Shown piece after piece: positions 19,245 to 30,000 of a DNA stretch of 64,000 nt. Within the stretch, counting starts at the first letter, position 1, and every line of letters starts with the position of its first letter. The notes below the pieces were generated by a model. It searched no databases and was not told where the DNA came from. It was given only the letters and a program-made list of their open reading frames with translations. A program made the position numbers and the translations under genes. The DNA is from Aureliella sp. (lineage in GTDB: Bacteria; Planctomycetota; Planctomycetia; Pirellulales; Pirellulaceae): contig OY829846.1 in assembly GCA_963691875.1 (NCBI GenBank), forward strand, positions 256,001 to 320,000, written 5' to 3'.

Positions 19245-19835
19245 TTAGAGGTAAGTTTCGATGTCGACAGAAACCCTTGCTACTAGTTCCCGCCATGCGT
19301 TTGCGTACACTTCTGCGGGAAAGACGACACGCTCTCCGTCGTCCCACTTCTCTAGTGTCTCGCGTCGATATTCAACGCCCATATGCTCGATAATGTTGGA
19401 TTCGTAGTCGCGAATCCATTCCAGCAATTCGATAAGCAAGGTTCCGCAAGCGTCTCTGGTGGTGGCCGATGGAGTGTGGAGTTTAGGAAGGTCACAAAGT
19501 TTCCATGGTGGTTTCTCGATCTCTGGAGAGTTCGAGAAGAGTGGCCGGAACTCGTAACGTGGCAAAAAGATTGAACCGAGGTCTTTCGCGGAAAAGATGA
19601 CGCCAAAACCGCGGAGCAGTAGGTATCTCCCCTGTGGCAAGCTTAGGCGGTAGACACTCGAGCTGTCTTTGCGTTCTGGCGGCGGTTTTGTTCGAGTGAA
19701 GCCAAGGTCCAGTAGCCAGTTTCCCTCCTGCCGCAGGATGTCACGTCCCCAACACCAGAGCTGCTGGTCGAGCAAGCATATTGCATGGGCAACAGGCTCG
19801 CTTGTATCTTGGTCATTCGAAATCGGTATTAGCAC
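19245..19835 (-). CDS. Hypothetical protein, QQxWCWGRD family (paralog of 18338-19006)
   Basis: 196 aa ORF; QQLWCWGRDILRQEGNWLLDLGF, LEWIRDYE, EYRRETLEKW. Confidence 0.85.
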   Translation of the reverse strand: MLIPISNDQDTSEPVAHAICLLDQQLWCWGRDILRQEGNWLLDLGFTRTKPPPERKDSSSVYRLSLPQGRYLLLRGFGVIFSAKDLGSIFLPRYEFRPLFSNSPEIEKPPWKLCDLPKLHTPSATTRDACGTLLIELLEWIRDYESNIIEHMGVEYRRETLEKWDDGERVVFPAEVYANAWRELVARVSVDIETYL

Positions 19836-19855
19836 TGCTAGTTCAGGCTCAGTGA

Positions 19856-20311
19856 CTAGCTAGCAGCTGAGTCGGAACCTTCGCCTTCCGTTTCGGCGGC
19901 AGCTGTTACTGCTTCTTCCTCGTTCTGCGACCAGCCTTCGATGTGACTGTTCGTTTTCGAAAGGTCATCCAGCAAATTGCCAACATCAAGATCTTTGTTT
20001 GCCTCGAAAGTCGCGATGTGAGTTTCAGCATCGGCTTCAAACTCAGAAATGCCCTCCACTTTGGCAAGTTCTTCTTGAATCGAAGCGACGCAGCCATCGC
20101 AGCACATGTTAGGCAGCATCAATGATACGAGCTGACATTCACCATTTTCACTCAATTGCGGAGTGTAAGGAGTCGGGCCTGTTTCCTCGTTTGCCACGGC
20201 AGCAGGGATGCTTTGTGCTACTTCGGATTGTACATCGACACCGCAGCCAGAAAGGCTGAGAAAGCCGAGCGTGAGACAAGCGATCATTAGCGAGCTTGAA
20301 ATCTTCATCGA
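19856..20311 (-). CDS. Heavy-metal-associated (HMA) domain lipoprotein
   Basis: MKISSS... signal peptide with lipobox LSGC; NMCCDGCVASIQEELAKVEGI HMA motif; AGGAG RBS upstream. Confidence 0.8.
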   Translation of the reverse strand, partial: SMKISSSLMIACLTLGFLSLSGCGVDVQSEVAQSIPAAVANEETGPTPYTPQLSENGECQLVSLMLPNMCCDGCVASIQEELAKVEGISEFEADAETHIATFEANKDLDVGNLLDDLSKTNSHIEGWSQNEEEAVTAAAETEGEGSDSAAS

Positions 20312-20392
20312 ATTCTCCTTGGAAAGGCTAGAAGACAAATTGTTCCACTTCCGCTGCGGTTGTGTTGTGTGTGCGGAAGAGTGTGCAGGATG

Positions 20393-20418
20393 CCGAAAGT
20401 CTTGACGACTTCCGATAC
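20393..20418. repeat. Short dispersed intergenic repeat (REP-like)
   Basis: CCGAAAGTCTTGACGACTTCCGATAC; similar to AGTCCTGGCGAGTTCCGTCAC near 61345. Confidence 0.45.
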
Positions 20419-20434
20419 AAGAGTGTGACTTCGT

Positions 20435-20788
20435 TCAATCGGAATTGGGGAATCTGATCGTCGCGATATTGGCTAAGAGCCATGCGGTAGCTGCAGCCAG
20501 CTGCAACCAATCACCAGTCTTTTCGATGCCATAGGAAAAGACGCTGACTATCCAGCAAATACTGGCTACCGTTTGGCCGAGCCACTCGAGTCGCAGCATG
20601 CGTTGAATTGGACTTTTTTGTGCTTTGGATTCACTCACTTGAGATTCGGATCCACTCACTTGAGATTCTGATCCACTCACTTGAGATTCTGATTCATTTC
20701 GTAGGGACTCTGCAGTTCGATTGGCGCATGCTTGCAATTCTGTTTCAGTATCGTGTTCTAGGAGCACGTCTTCGCTCGTCGTTAGCAT
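20435..20788 (-). CDS. Small membrane protein with SESQVSG tandem repeats
   Basis: ATG at 20788 overlaps the upstream gene end, with an AGGAG RBS. Two C-terminal hydrophobic helices (LEWLGQTVASICWIVSVFSYG; DWLQLAAATAWLLANIA). Confidence 0.75.
   Translation of the reverse strand: MLTTSEDVLLEHDTETELQACANRTAESLRNESESQVSGSESQVSGSESQVSESKAQKSPIQRMLRLEWLGQTVASICWIVSVFSYGIEKTGDWLQLAAATAWLLANIATIRFPNSD
20627..20696. repeat. 21-bp tandem repeat x3.3 (in-frame)
   Basis: (G/T)GAT(T/C)CACTCACTTGAGATTC at 20627, 20648 and 20669, plus a partial copy at 20690. Confidence 0.95.
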
Positions 20789-21912
20789 GTCGCACACTCC
20801 TCACCGCAGCAGGATAGGTCATCCAAGTACATACCCCATTGGCGATAAGTTTCCAGGCCTTCCGCATCGATTCCCAAGGAAGTAGCGATCGCTTTGGCGA
20901 CTACCGCGAAACGCTGGCGATACTTGTAGATAAAGCAAAATACGTGGTGGTCGTGACGTACAGCTGGACCACAAAGAAACAGTCCAGGCACAATGGTGGA
21001 CTCGTCGTTCTTGCTCAGCTCTGGAAATCCATCTCCGCGTTTTTCAAACATGTCTTCGATCAGTTTGAGGCTTCCTTCAAACCCGCCGCCGATCAGTGGT
21101 GGAGCTTTGGTTTCAAATTTTCGCCCGTCTTCCGTCGTGACTTCGTATGTCTCGCCAGCTTGGGTTACCGAAGTGACCGATGTTTCGGGAAAGAGCTCAA
21201 CGTGTGCCAAGAACCAATCTTCTCGCATTCGTTCAAGAGAGTAGGTGGAAAGAACTACGCTTGGATCTGAGCTTTCATCCTTCCAGGGACAGCCTCGCTC
21301 GAAGACTTTCGAATGTTTGTCGTAGTACGACAAATGGTAGGCGGCATCAATTCCGCTTTCGTATCCACCGATGATGATGAAGTCGTCTCCATCCAGGTCT
21401 TCGTAGCTGCCGATCGTTGCCGTATGCCGGCAAAGTTCACTTCCAGGAAAACCATTACGGTTTGGGTACTGAAACTCGCCGGCCGCCCAGATGACGTGCT
21501 TTGCCCTTAAAGTTGCATCGGGAGTATCTATCCGGAAGCTATCGCCAACTTTAGTCACCCGCAGTACATCTGTATTCTCTTGAACCGGTAGTTCGAAAAA
21601 CTCGGCCACGCCACGCAAGTGTGAGGCGAACTCTTTACCGGTTGGGTGCTCGACTTCCAAGCTGAACGCTGGCGAGACACCAATTGCGACAGAGTTCAAA
21701 TCCAGCATCCCGATCGAGTTGGTCGGGAACGAGGGCGTGATAAACCTGGTTTCTGCCGGCCAAGCATCAAAGGATGCACCAACGGTTCTGCGATCGAGCA
21801 CCACAAAGTTTTCGATTCCAGCATGCCGTAGCGTTACACCGACTCCGACTCCGGCAGCTCCGCCGCCAACGACCACAACGTCATATTCTGTGATCAGGTT
21901 ATCGTTGCTCAT
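20782..21912 (-). CDS. NAD(P)/FAD-dependent oxidoreductase (TrkA/CzcO/YpdA-like) with Cys-rich C-terminus
   Basis: VVVVGGGAAG; IWAAGEFQYP; IIIGGYESG; ESTIVPGLFLCGP; ends DDLSCCGEECATC. TGATG overlap with the upstream GTPase. Confidence 0.88.
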   Translation of the reverse strand: MSNDNLITEYDVVVVGGGAAGVGVGVTLRHAGIENFVVLDRRTVGASFDAWPAETRFITPSFPTNSIGMLDLNSVAIGVSPAFSLEVEHPTGKEFASHLRGVAEFFELPVQENTDVLRVTKVGDSFRIDTPDATLRAKHVIWAAGEFQYPNRNGFPGSELCRHTATIGSYEDLDGDDFIIIGGYESGIDAAYHLSYYDKHSKVFERGCPWKDESSDPSVVLSTYSLERMREDWFLAHVELFPETSVTSVTQAGETYEVTTEDGRKFETKAPPLIGGGFEGSLKLIEDMFEKRGDGFPELSKNDESTIVPGLFLCGPAVRHDHHVFCFIYKYRQRFAVVAKAIATSLGIDAEGLETYRQWGMYLDDLSCCGEECATC

Positions 21913-23162
21913 CAGAAAAGCTCCTCTGGCTCAAGTTCAATCTTGGGCAATGGATCGTCGAAACGAGACCAAAGTTGCGGGCCTTGGACGTACTCCAATT
22001 CGGTGACAAGGCATTGGTCGAGCATTTCTTCCACTCGTTGCCGTTCAAGGCTCTGCCCGATAAAGACCAACTCTTGGTGACGATCTCCATGCTCACCGAG
22101 GAAACGAGAGCGGATCTCGGCGATTGCTTCCTCCTCGGTTGGCCATTCTTCCTCTGGGGCGGCAGCCCACCAGTAGCCGGCGGGATCCAAGCGAATGGAG
22201 CAGCCAGCTTGTGACCAGTCGTAAGCCCAGTCATGTCGAGATCCGATCCACATCAAACCCTTGCTTCGGAGGACACCCGCCAGCACGCCGTGGTCCATTT
22301 CCTGACTAAGCACGTCAGCCAACCGTTTGGGATGAAACGGACGCTCACGGCGATAAACGAAACTGGAAATTCCGTACTCTTCCGTCTCTATTTCTTCTTG
22401 CCCACGCGGCACAGCCAACCACTGTGGATTCGCTTCTGCCTCTTCGAGTTGGAATCTGCCGGTGCCCAAGACATCGGATAAAAGTACCTGACTCTCTTTA
22501 GAGTGCAGGATTTTTGCTCTAGGATTGAGCCGCTTGATGATCTGGTTCAGCTGCTCGAGCTCGTAAGGGGAAGCAAGATCCGTTTTGTTGATGATGACGA
22601 CGTTGGCGAATTCAATTTGGTCAACCAAAAGATCGACGATATTCCGTTGGTCTTCGTCATTGATTCCCATTTGACGATCGGTTAGATCATCCCAGGAGCC
22701 GAAGTCATTCATGAAGTTGCCGGCGTCAACGACCGTTACCATCGTGTCGAGGTTAGCAAGCTGCGAAAGGCTGTTGCCTTTTTCGTCTTCGAAAGTGAAG
22801 GTCTCTGCTACGGGCAATGGCTCACTGATACCAGTAGACTCAATTAACAAATAGTCAAACTTGTCGGCTCTAGCTAGCCTAGCTACCTCGATCAAAAGAT
22901 CTTCGCGAAGCGTGCAACAAATGCAGCCATTCGTCATTTCGACCAGCTGTTCCTCCGTCCTTGATAGATCGGCACCTCCATCGCGGACCAATGCTGCGTC
23001 AATGTTGACTTCGCTCATGTCGTTGACGATAACCGCAACACGCAGGCCCTCTCGATTGGCGAGGACATGGTTGAGGAGAGTGGTTTTTCCTGCACCCAGA
23101 AATCCGCTCAATACCGTAACCGGCAGGCGGTGCTTGGAAGTCGGAAATTTGGACTGGTTCAT
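21912..23162 (-). CDS. COG0523 (CobW/YciC/ZigA-type) metallochaperone GTPase
   Basis: [56 protein letters not shown] (CobW_C). Confidence 0.95.
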   Translation of the reverse strand: MNQSKFPTSKHRLPVTVLSGFLGAGKTTLLNHVLANREGLRVAVIVNDMSEVNIDAALVRDGGADLSRTEEQLVEMTNGCICCTLREDLLIEVARLARADKFDYLLIESTGISEPLPVAETFTFEDEKGNSLSQLANLDTMVTVVDAGNFMNDFGSWDDLTDRQMGINDEDQRNIVDLLVDQIEFANVVIINKTDLASPYELEQLNQIIKRLNPRAKILHSKESQVLLSDVLGTGRFQLEEAEANPQWLAVPRGQEEIETEEYGISSFVYRRERPFHPKRLADVLSQEMDHGVLAGVLRSKGLMWIGSRHDWAYDWSQAGCSIRLDPAGYWWAAAPEEEWPTEEEAIAEIRSRFLGEHGDRHQELVFIGQSLERQRVEEMLDQCLVTELEYVQGPQLWSRFDDPLPKIELEPEELF

Positions 23163-23255
23163 GTTTGACCCTAGAAACAATCGCTGAAATGATAGCTCCC
23201 TAGGGCAAACTTCAATTGATCCAGGGATTTATATTGATATTTCACAATTAAACTA

Positions 23256-23278
23256 CAGTTGCAAAACGACTGCAACTG
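23256..23278. promoter_or_regulatory. Candidate Zur/Fur operator, perfect 8-7-8 palindrome
   Basis: CAGTTGCA-aaacgac-TGCAACTG in an AT-rich region between the divergent COG0523 and Fur-family genes. Confidence 0.7.
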
Positions 23279-23418
23279 CATAAATTGGTTATTTGGCGTT
23301 TTCGCAGCAGCAAAAAGCAACGGCTGGAGAGCAACGCCTGGAGATTTACCGTGGTTCGGACGTCAAGGTAGAGCGGCTAGCACGGCTCATGAAAATTTCT
23401 TAAAAAGCCGACACTTCA

Positions 23419-23841
23419 ATGGACGACAGTCAACTCCTGGCCAGAAACAAGATTCGGGCAGCTGGCCTGAGAGCCACTCCAGCCCGAGTTGCAACATTTT
23501 GCGTTCTAACGAAGTCGCATATGCCGCTGACTCACGCAGAGGTCACAGATGCATTGCGAGAATCGGGTTTCGACAAAGCGACGATTTTTCGAAACCTGAC
23601 CGACATGGCTGCCGCAAAACTTTTACGTCGTTCAGAGCTCGGCGATCACGTATGGAGATTTGAGCTTATCCATGAATCCGAGCAGGAGGGGCTCGTTCAT
23701 CCTCATTTTGTTTGCGTCGACTGCGGTACAGTTTCCTGTGCAGAAGAAATTGAGCTGTCGCCGAAAAGTATGTCCGCGAGCCTGGCTCTTGGTGAGGTAA
23801 CAGAGATCCTGTTGCGTGGGCATTGCAGCGACTGCGTTTAA
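23419..23841 (+). CDS. Fur family transcriptional regulator (probably Zur-like)
   Basis: GLRATPARVA; DKATIFRNL; HPHFVCVDCG; GHCSDC (two CxxC motifs). Confidence 0.92.
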   Translation: MDDSQLLARNKIRAAGLRATPARVATFCVLTKSHMPLTHAEVTDALRESGFDKATIFRNLTDMAAAKLLRRSELGDHVWRFELIHESEQEGLVHPHFVCVDCGTVSCAEEIELSPKSMSASLALGEVTEILLRGHCSDCV

Positions 23842-24069
23842 ACCTCTAGCGAAATTACTGGTAGATCGCAAGCGCTCTTAAGAAGGAAGATACCCCGCGT
23901 GAGAGAGTGGTTTTGCCCGCCAACCACGGCGGCAATTCGTTCCATGCTAAACTTTCTTATCCTCGAGCAGTTTGACTCTTGGCTCGAACCGGACGGGAAG
24001 CGACAGATAAAGTCTGAACTTCTCGCTATGTGAAATCCCTCCGCCGTGCGCCCGCGGCTGGAAATAGCG

Positions 24070-27000
24070 ATGCATCGATTTCTGTCATTACTTATCTTCG
24101 CCTCGATATCGCTGCTTTCCAATCCAGGACAAGGAGGAGAAGCTCGACCGAATGTTCTGTTTATCGCTGTGGACGATCTGCGGCCCGAGCTAGGTTGCTA
24201 CGGTGCAAAGCATATTCATAGTCCCAACATCGATCGTCTGGCGGCCAGTGGGCGACTCTTCGAAGGTGCTTACTGCCAACAGGCTGTCTGCAATCCGTCG
24301 CGTACGAGTATGATGACCGGCATGCGTCCGGATTCGATCGGCGTGACAGGAAATCACTCGCACTTTCGGACCAAGCATCCGAACGTCGTAACCTTGCCGC
24401 AGCATTTCAAGAATCACGGCTATCATGCTGCCGCGATCGGCAAAATCTACCACGGCGTTTTTCCAGATGGCGCGAGTAGCACAAAGTGGGATACGATGGG
24501 CGATCCAGAGAGTTGGTCAGAACCCGCCCTTCGCTTCGGACCACGGTATTATTACACAGAGGAAGGCGTTGCGGCAGCGAAAGAAGTCTACCGTCGCATG
24601 TACAAACGTGAGAACCCTGAGCCAGACGAATGGACGAGGAAGCTGGTTTTTGGGCCAGCGACTGAGGCACCCGATGTTCCTGACAGCAGACTGTACGACG
24701 GTAAAGTTGCTGATGCAGCTGTCCGCAAGATTCGGGAACTCAGCGAGAGGAATCAACCTTTTTTTCTTGCCGTGGGATTTATCAAACCCCATTCGCCTTA
24801 TATTGCACCGAAGAAGTATTTTGATCTCTACAGTGCTGTTGAATTGCCGGCGCCGAAAGAGTTTCCGTCCGAGACTCCCCGCTTAGCAGGCCACGCTTCG
24901 GGGGAGTTGCGACGTTATACGGACCAGCCGAAAAAAGGTGTGTTCCCGGAGCAGAATCAAATTCGCGTTCGCAGGGCGTACTTTGCCTGTGTGAGTTACA
25001 TCGATGCTCAAATTGGAAAGGTACTCGACGGCCTCGAACATCATGGTCTGGATGAGAACACGATTGTTGTACTTGTGGGCGATCACGGATACCACCTTGG
25101 CGAACAGGGGCTCTGGGGAAAGACCACCAACTTCGAACTGGATACTCGTGTGCCTTTGATTGTTCACTTTGCTGGAATGGAAGCGGAAGGACAACGGAGC
25201 TCTTCGCTCGTCGAGTTGATCGATCTTTACCCCACACTTACAGAACTTGCCGGCTTGCCAAAGTCCGATCGGTTGCAAGGGAAGAGTTTCGTGCCGGTTC
25301 TAGTCGATCCTTTACGCGAAACGAAAAGCGAGGTGTTGAGTCAGTATCCTCGCGGCGGCGCCCGTATGGGTTATTCCATGCGTACGAGAGAGCATCGCCT
25401 TACACATTGGGTGGATTCAAAAACGGGGAAGATACAAGAGACAGAGCTCTACGAGTATTCGGCCGGGCTCGTTGAGCGGAAGAATCTTGCGCATGTGTTC
25501 CCTGAGGTTGTACAGAGATTAACACCAGCTTTGATCTCGCTCGCTGGTCTCAAAGCTCCTATGTCTGATCTCAAGGTAGATACAGCCGAAGTAAATGATG
25601 GTAAGCCGTTCTCGACCAGTTTTGAGTCTGAGGCAGTCGGCGTATATGATACCCTCGTTACCGCGGTCGGTAGTTTTGTTACCACAGCGGGAACAAGCAC
25701 CGTTGATGACAAGCATGCGAAGACGGGAAATCAATGTTTGCAGTTGATGGGCGGCGAGCGAACCAGCGTTACGCTGCATCTTACCGATGAGGTGGACACA
25801 AGTGGCGAAATGATTTTCTGGGCAGAGCGTTGGACGCGTCGAGAGCCTTTCTCATTTCGCATCGAAAAGATGTCCGATGGTGATTGGGAAGAAGTCTTTA
25901 ACGGCGATCGAACAGTCCGAGTGGGACGCGCTTTTCTTTCTCAAGTGAAGGTTCCGCTGGGGGATCCACGAATCAAGCAGCTGCGTTTCACGGTAACGAG
26001 CCCCCAGAACACAGGGGTGCTTCTGGACGACTTGCGGTTCGCGGCCGCCCGGCCACAGAGGCTCGTGTCTGTAGAGTCTATTCCCACCACGATTCCTGCT
26101 TTGATCGGAAGCGATGCGAGTCCACTTCTCAAGCTGAAGATTGTCACGGAAGGCAGCTTAAAGCCAATTGCATTGTCATCGTTGGATTTTAAGCTCATTC
26201 ACGAGCGGGGTGATGTCGAGTCAGCCCAAGTGTTCTATGGAGGTAACAGTGATCGTTTTAAGGATGCAAAGCCCTCGGGGGATCCCCTCCTTGTCCGCGA
26301 GTTTCCCCAAGCCAGTTCGAAGAATCGCTCTGGCAAGCTTTCCGTTTCGCTTGAGCAAATGCTTTCGGAGGGAGAGAACTATGTGTGGATTGCTTGTCGG
26401 CTAAACAAGAGTGCTGACCTCGACCATTCGGTGGGAGCCAGTTGTTCACTGGTCACTTTTTCTGACGGCAAAAGCAGCGAAATAGAAAACTCGTGCTCGT
26501 AGCGCCTCGGTGTCGCTATGCGGACAGGTGGAGATGATGGCGTTCACACCTTTCGTATTCCAGGGTTAGCGACGACCGGCAAAGGCACTTTGATTGGAGT
26601 CTACGATGTGCGCCGGAGAAGTGGCGGTGATCTTCCAGGTGACATCGACGTTGGCATGTCTCGCTCAACAGACGGTGGATGTACCTGGGAACCGATGAAG
26701 GTCATCATGGACATGGGAGATGATCCCAGCTGGCGGTATGACGGAATTGGTGATCCAGCTGTTTTAGTCGACAGCAAAACCGGCACGATTTGGGTGGCAG
26801 CGACTTGGAGCCACGGGAATCGATCCTGGGTTGGTTCTGGTCCAGGTCTGCAGCCGGAAGAGACTGGCCAGCTGATGTTGGTGAGAAGTGACGATGATGG
26901 TGTCACTTGGTCGAAACCAATCAACATCACCAAGCAGGTCAAGAAGCCCGAGTGGTGTTTCATACTACAAGGCCCAGGCAAGGGGATCACGATGCGTGAC

Positions 27001-30000
27001 GGAACGATTGTGTTTGCCGCACAGTACCAAGATCCGCCGAACGCTGGAGACAAACGTGCGCACCGACTCCCGCACTCGACCATCATCTACTCTAAGGATC
27101 ACGGTGAGACGTGGTAGGTTGGGACGGGGGCTTTCGATGACACAACCGAAGCACAAGTCGTTGAGATCGAACCGGGCGTGTTGATGCTCAACTGCCGCTA
27201 TAACCGTAAGCCAGCGCGAGTGGTGATGACGACGGGTGACATTGGCAAGACTTGGAAGCGGCATACAACTTCTGAACGCTCGTTAATTGAGCCAGGCGCA
27301 TGCATGGCAAGCTTGATTGACGTTGATCAGGAAGTCGGCAAAGAGATGGGAGGGTGGCTTCTCTTCTCCAATCCGGACAGTCTGCGAGGACGAAATCATC
27401 TCACCATAAAAGCGTCGTCTGACCGAGGTTTGACATGGCCCAAGCAGCATCGCCTTTTGCTCGATGAAGAAAGCAGTGCTGGCTATTCCTGCATGTCGAT
27501 GATCGATGCGGAGACGGTCGGGATCTTGTACGAGGGCAGTCAGGCGCACATGACGTTTCAGCGGATTCCGCTCAATCACATTGTTGGTAAACGGCCTGAG
27601 GGCAACGCAAAGCAGAGTAATTTACCTCGTGATCGTTCCGCGACTGGGGCGGGAGCGATGCTTTCTTCAAAGAAGCTCAAGTTACCGTTAGTTTTCAGTG
27701 ACCATATGGTGATGCAAGCTGAAGCGAAGATTCCAGTTTGGGGGCAGGCTGAACCCGGCGCATTGGTCTCAGTGACACTGGGCAAAGAAAACCGAGTTGT
27801 CACAACGGATGAGGATGGCAGGTGGAAGACTCGGATGTCGGCTTGTGCAAGTAGTTCAACGCCAACTATTTTAACTGTCGAGTCGAACGGTGAGCAGCTT
27901 CAGTTCTCGGATGTATTAATCGGTGAAGTCTGGGTTTGCGCTGGACAATCCAACATGGAATGGCCATTGGTTCAATCTGCGAGTGGAATGGCAGAGCTTC
28001 AGCGTCTGAAGCAAAACATTGATGATGACATCGCTTCAGAGCATACGATGCCCCTTCGTCTGCTCCATCTTGTGGGCGCCGCTCGTGGCAGTTCTGGCAG
28101 CTACGCGTCAGAACATCTCGATCGACTCGTGACAGACGCGTTTTGCACGGGGAGCTGGAAGGTTGCGAGTTCGGAATCAGCTCGGGAGTTTTCTGCAGTG
28201 GCTTGGTACTTCGGGCGGCGAGTGCAAGAGAAGTTGGACGTGCCGGTGGGGCTAATATGTACTGCAATGGGAGGTACTCCGGCCGAGGCATGGATTTCGC
28301 AGGAAGCACTTCGAGCCGACCCAGAGCTCAGCGGTATGGTTGCAGGTAGTTGGCTCGACAATTCGAAGCTTGGTGAATTCTGTAGAACTCGGGGCGAACA
28401 AAACCTGCTGAGGGCCATGCAAGAAGGCGACGAGATTCCTGGCGACGAGTTTGGACCCAATCATTCTTTCAAGCCTGGGTTCATGTGGGAAGCTGGAATC
28501 AAGCCGTTGATTCCTTATGCCATCCGGGGAGTGATCTGGTATCAGGGAGAATCGAATGCCGAGACAGCCGAACGCGTTACTCAGCACAGCCGCTTGTTTC
28601 CACTGCTGATACAGCAGTGGCGCGCAGGCTGGGAACAAGGTGACTTTCCTTTTCTGTGCGTCCAGCTTCCCGCGATCAACCGGACTGAGTGGCCGTTCTT
28701 TCGTGAAACCCAGCGTCGAGCGTTGGAGCAGGCTGAAAATGTAGGCATAGCGATCACGATTGATACAGGTGAAGCAAGGAATGTGCATCCGAAATTGAAG
28801 AAGCCGATCGGGGAACGTCTGGCGAAGTGGGCTTTAGGCACAACCTACCGATCTAAGGAACATGCCACTTACTCGGGGCCACTGTACGACGGATTCACTC
28901 GTAAAGGTTCATCGCTATTTGTGCGTTTCAAACATGCAGGCGAGGGCTTGAAGTCCTCGAATGGCAAGCCGTTGCGGCACTTCGAAGTGTGCGGAGCCGA
29001 CGATGTGTTTCACCCGGCCAAAGCGGCAATCCATAGCGCGGACACGGTTGAGATCACCAGTGCGTCTGTCGGCGACCCGCAGCACGTACGCTACGCTTGG
29101 TTGCCTTTTCCAAGCCCAAATGTCAATCTCTTCAACAGCGAAGATCTGCCGGCCTCTCCCTTCTCCACAGAAACGGAGGAGGAGCTCTTTGTACGACAGT
29201 TTGCTGCTACTGATAGGGATTGCCCCAACGTTCTTTTCATCGTTTCTGAAGATAACAGTCCGCATCTTGGATGTTACGGCGAACACCTTGTTTACACTCC
29301 GAATTTGGACGCTTTGGCAAAGGCTGGAATTCGCTACACAGGAGCGTATGTTCCCTATTCTGTATGCAGTCCTTCTCGTGCGGCGTTCTTGACGGGACTG
29401 TACACGCGGCAGACTGGGCACATCGGGTTGGCGACGCACCGCTTCTCCATGTTTCGTGATTTCAAGACGATGCCAGCCTATTTCCAGCAGGCAGGCTACT
29501 ACACTGGCTTCCTCGGAAAGACGCATGTGAACCCGGAACGGCTGGTCGAGGAATTTGTTGATCACCGCGCGATTCGGAATTCTAACTTTGGCAATACGAT
29601 CAGCATTGAGAACTACGCCGAAGAAGCTCATGTGGTAATGAAGAAGGCGGCCAAGCAAAAGAAGCCATTCCTGCTGATCATGAATTACGCCGATGCGCAT
29701 CGGAAGTTTGTTGCGAAGTCAAAGCATGGCTTTCCGACTCGGCAATTGGCAGATCCCATTGAACCGTTTCGGTGGATTGGCTCTGACTCGCCGCACTTGC
29801 GTGAAGAGATCCGCGACTATTTCAATTGCATAAATCGTCTAGACCAAGGCATTGGTATGATGCTTGATAGACTCGAAATGGTGGGTGCCAAGGAGAATAC
29901 TTTAATCGTCTATATCAGCGATCACGGCGCCGACTTTCCACGCGGGAAAGGAAGCATTTACGAGAACGGAACAAGGATCCCGATGATCGTGAACTTCCCC

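Noticed and set aside
20627..20696. CRISPR-like array
   Set aside because: The units are contiguous 21-mers with no spacers, they lie in frame in a gene, and there are no cas genes.
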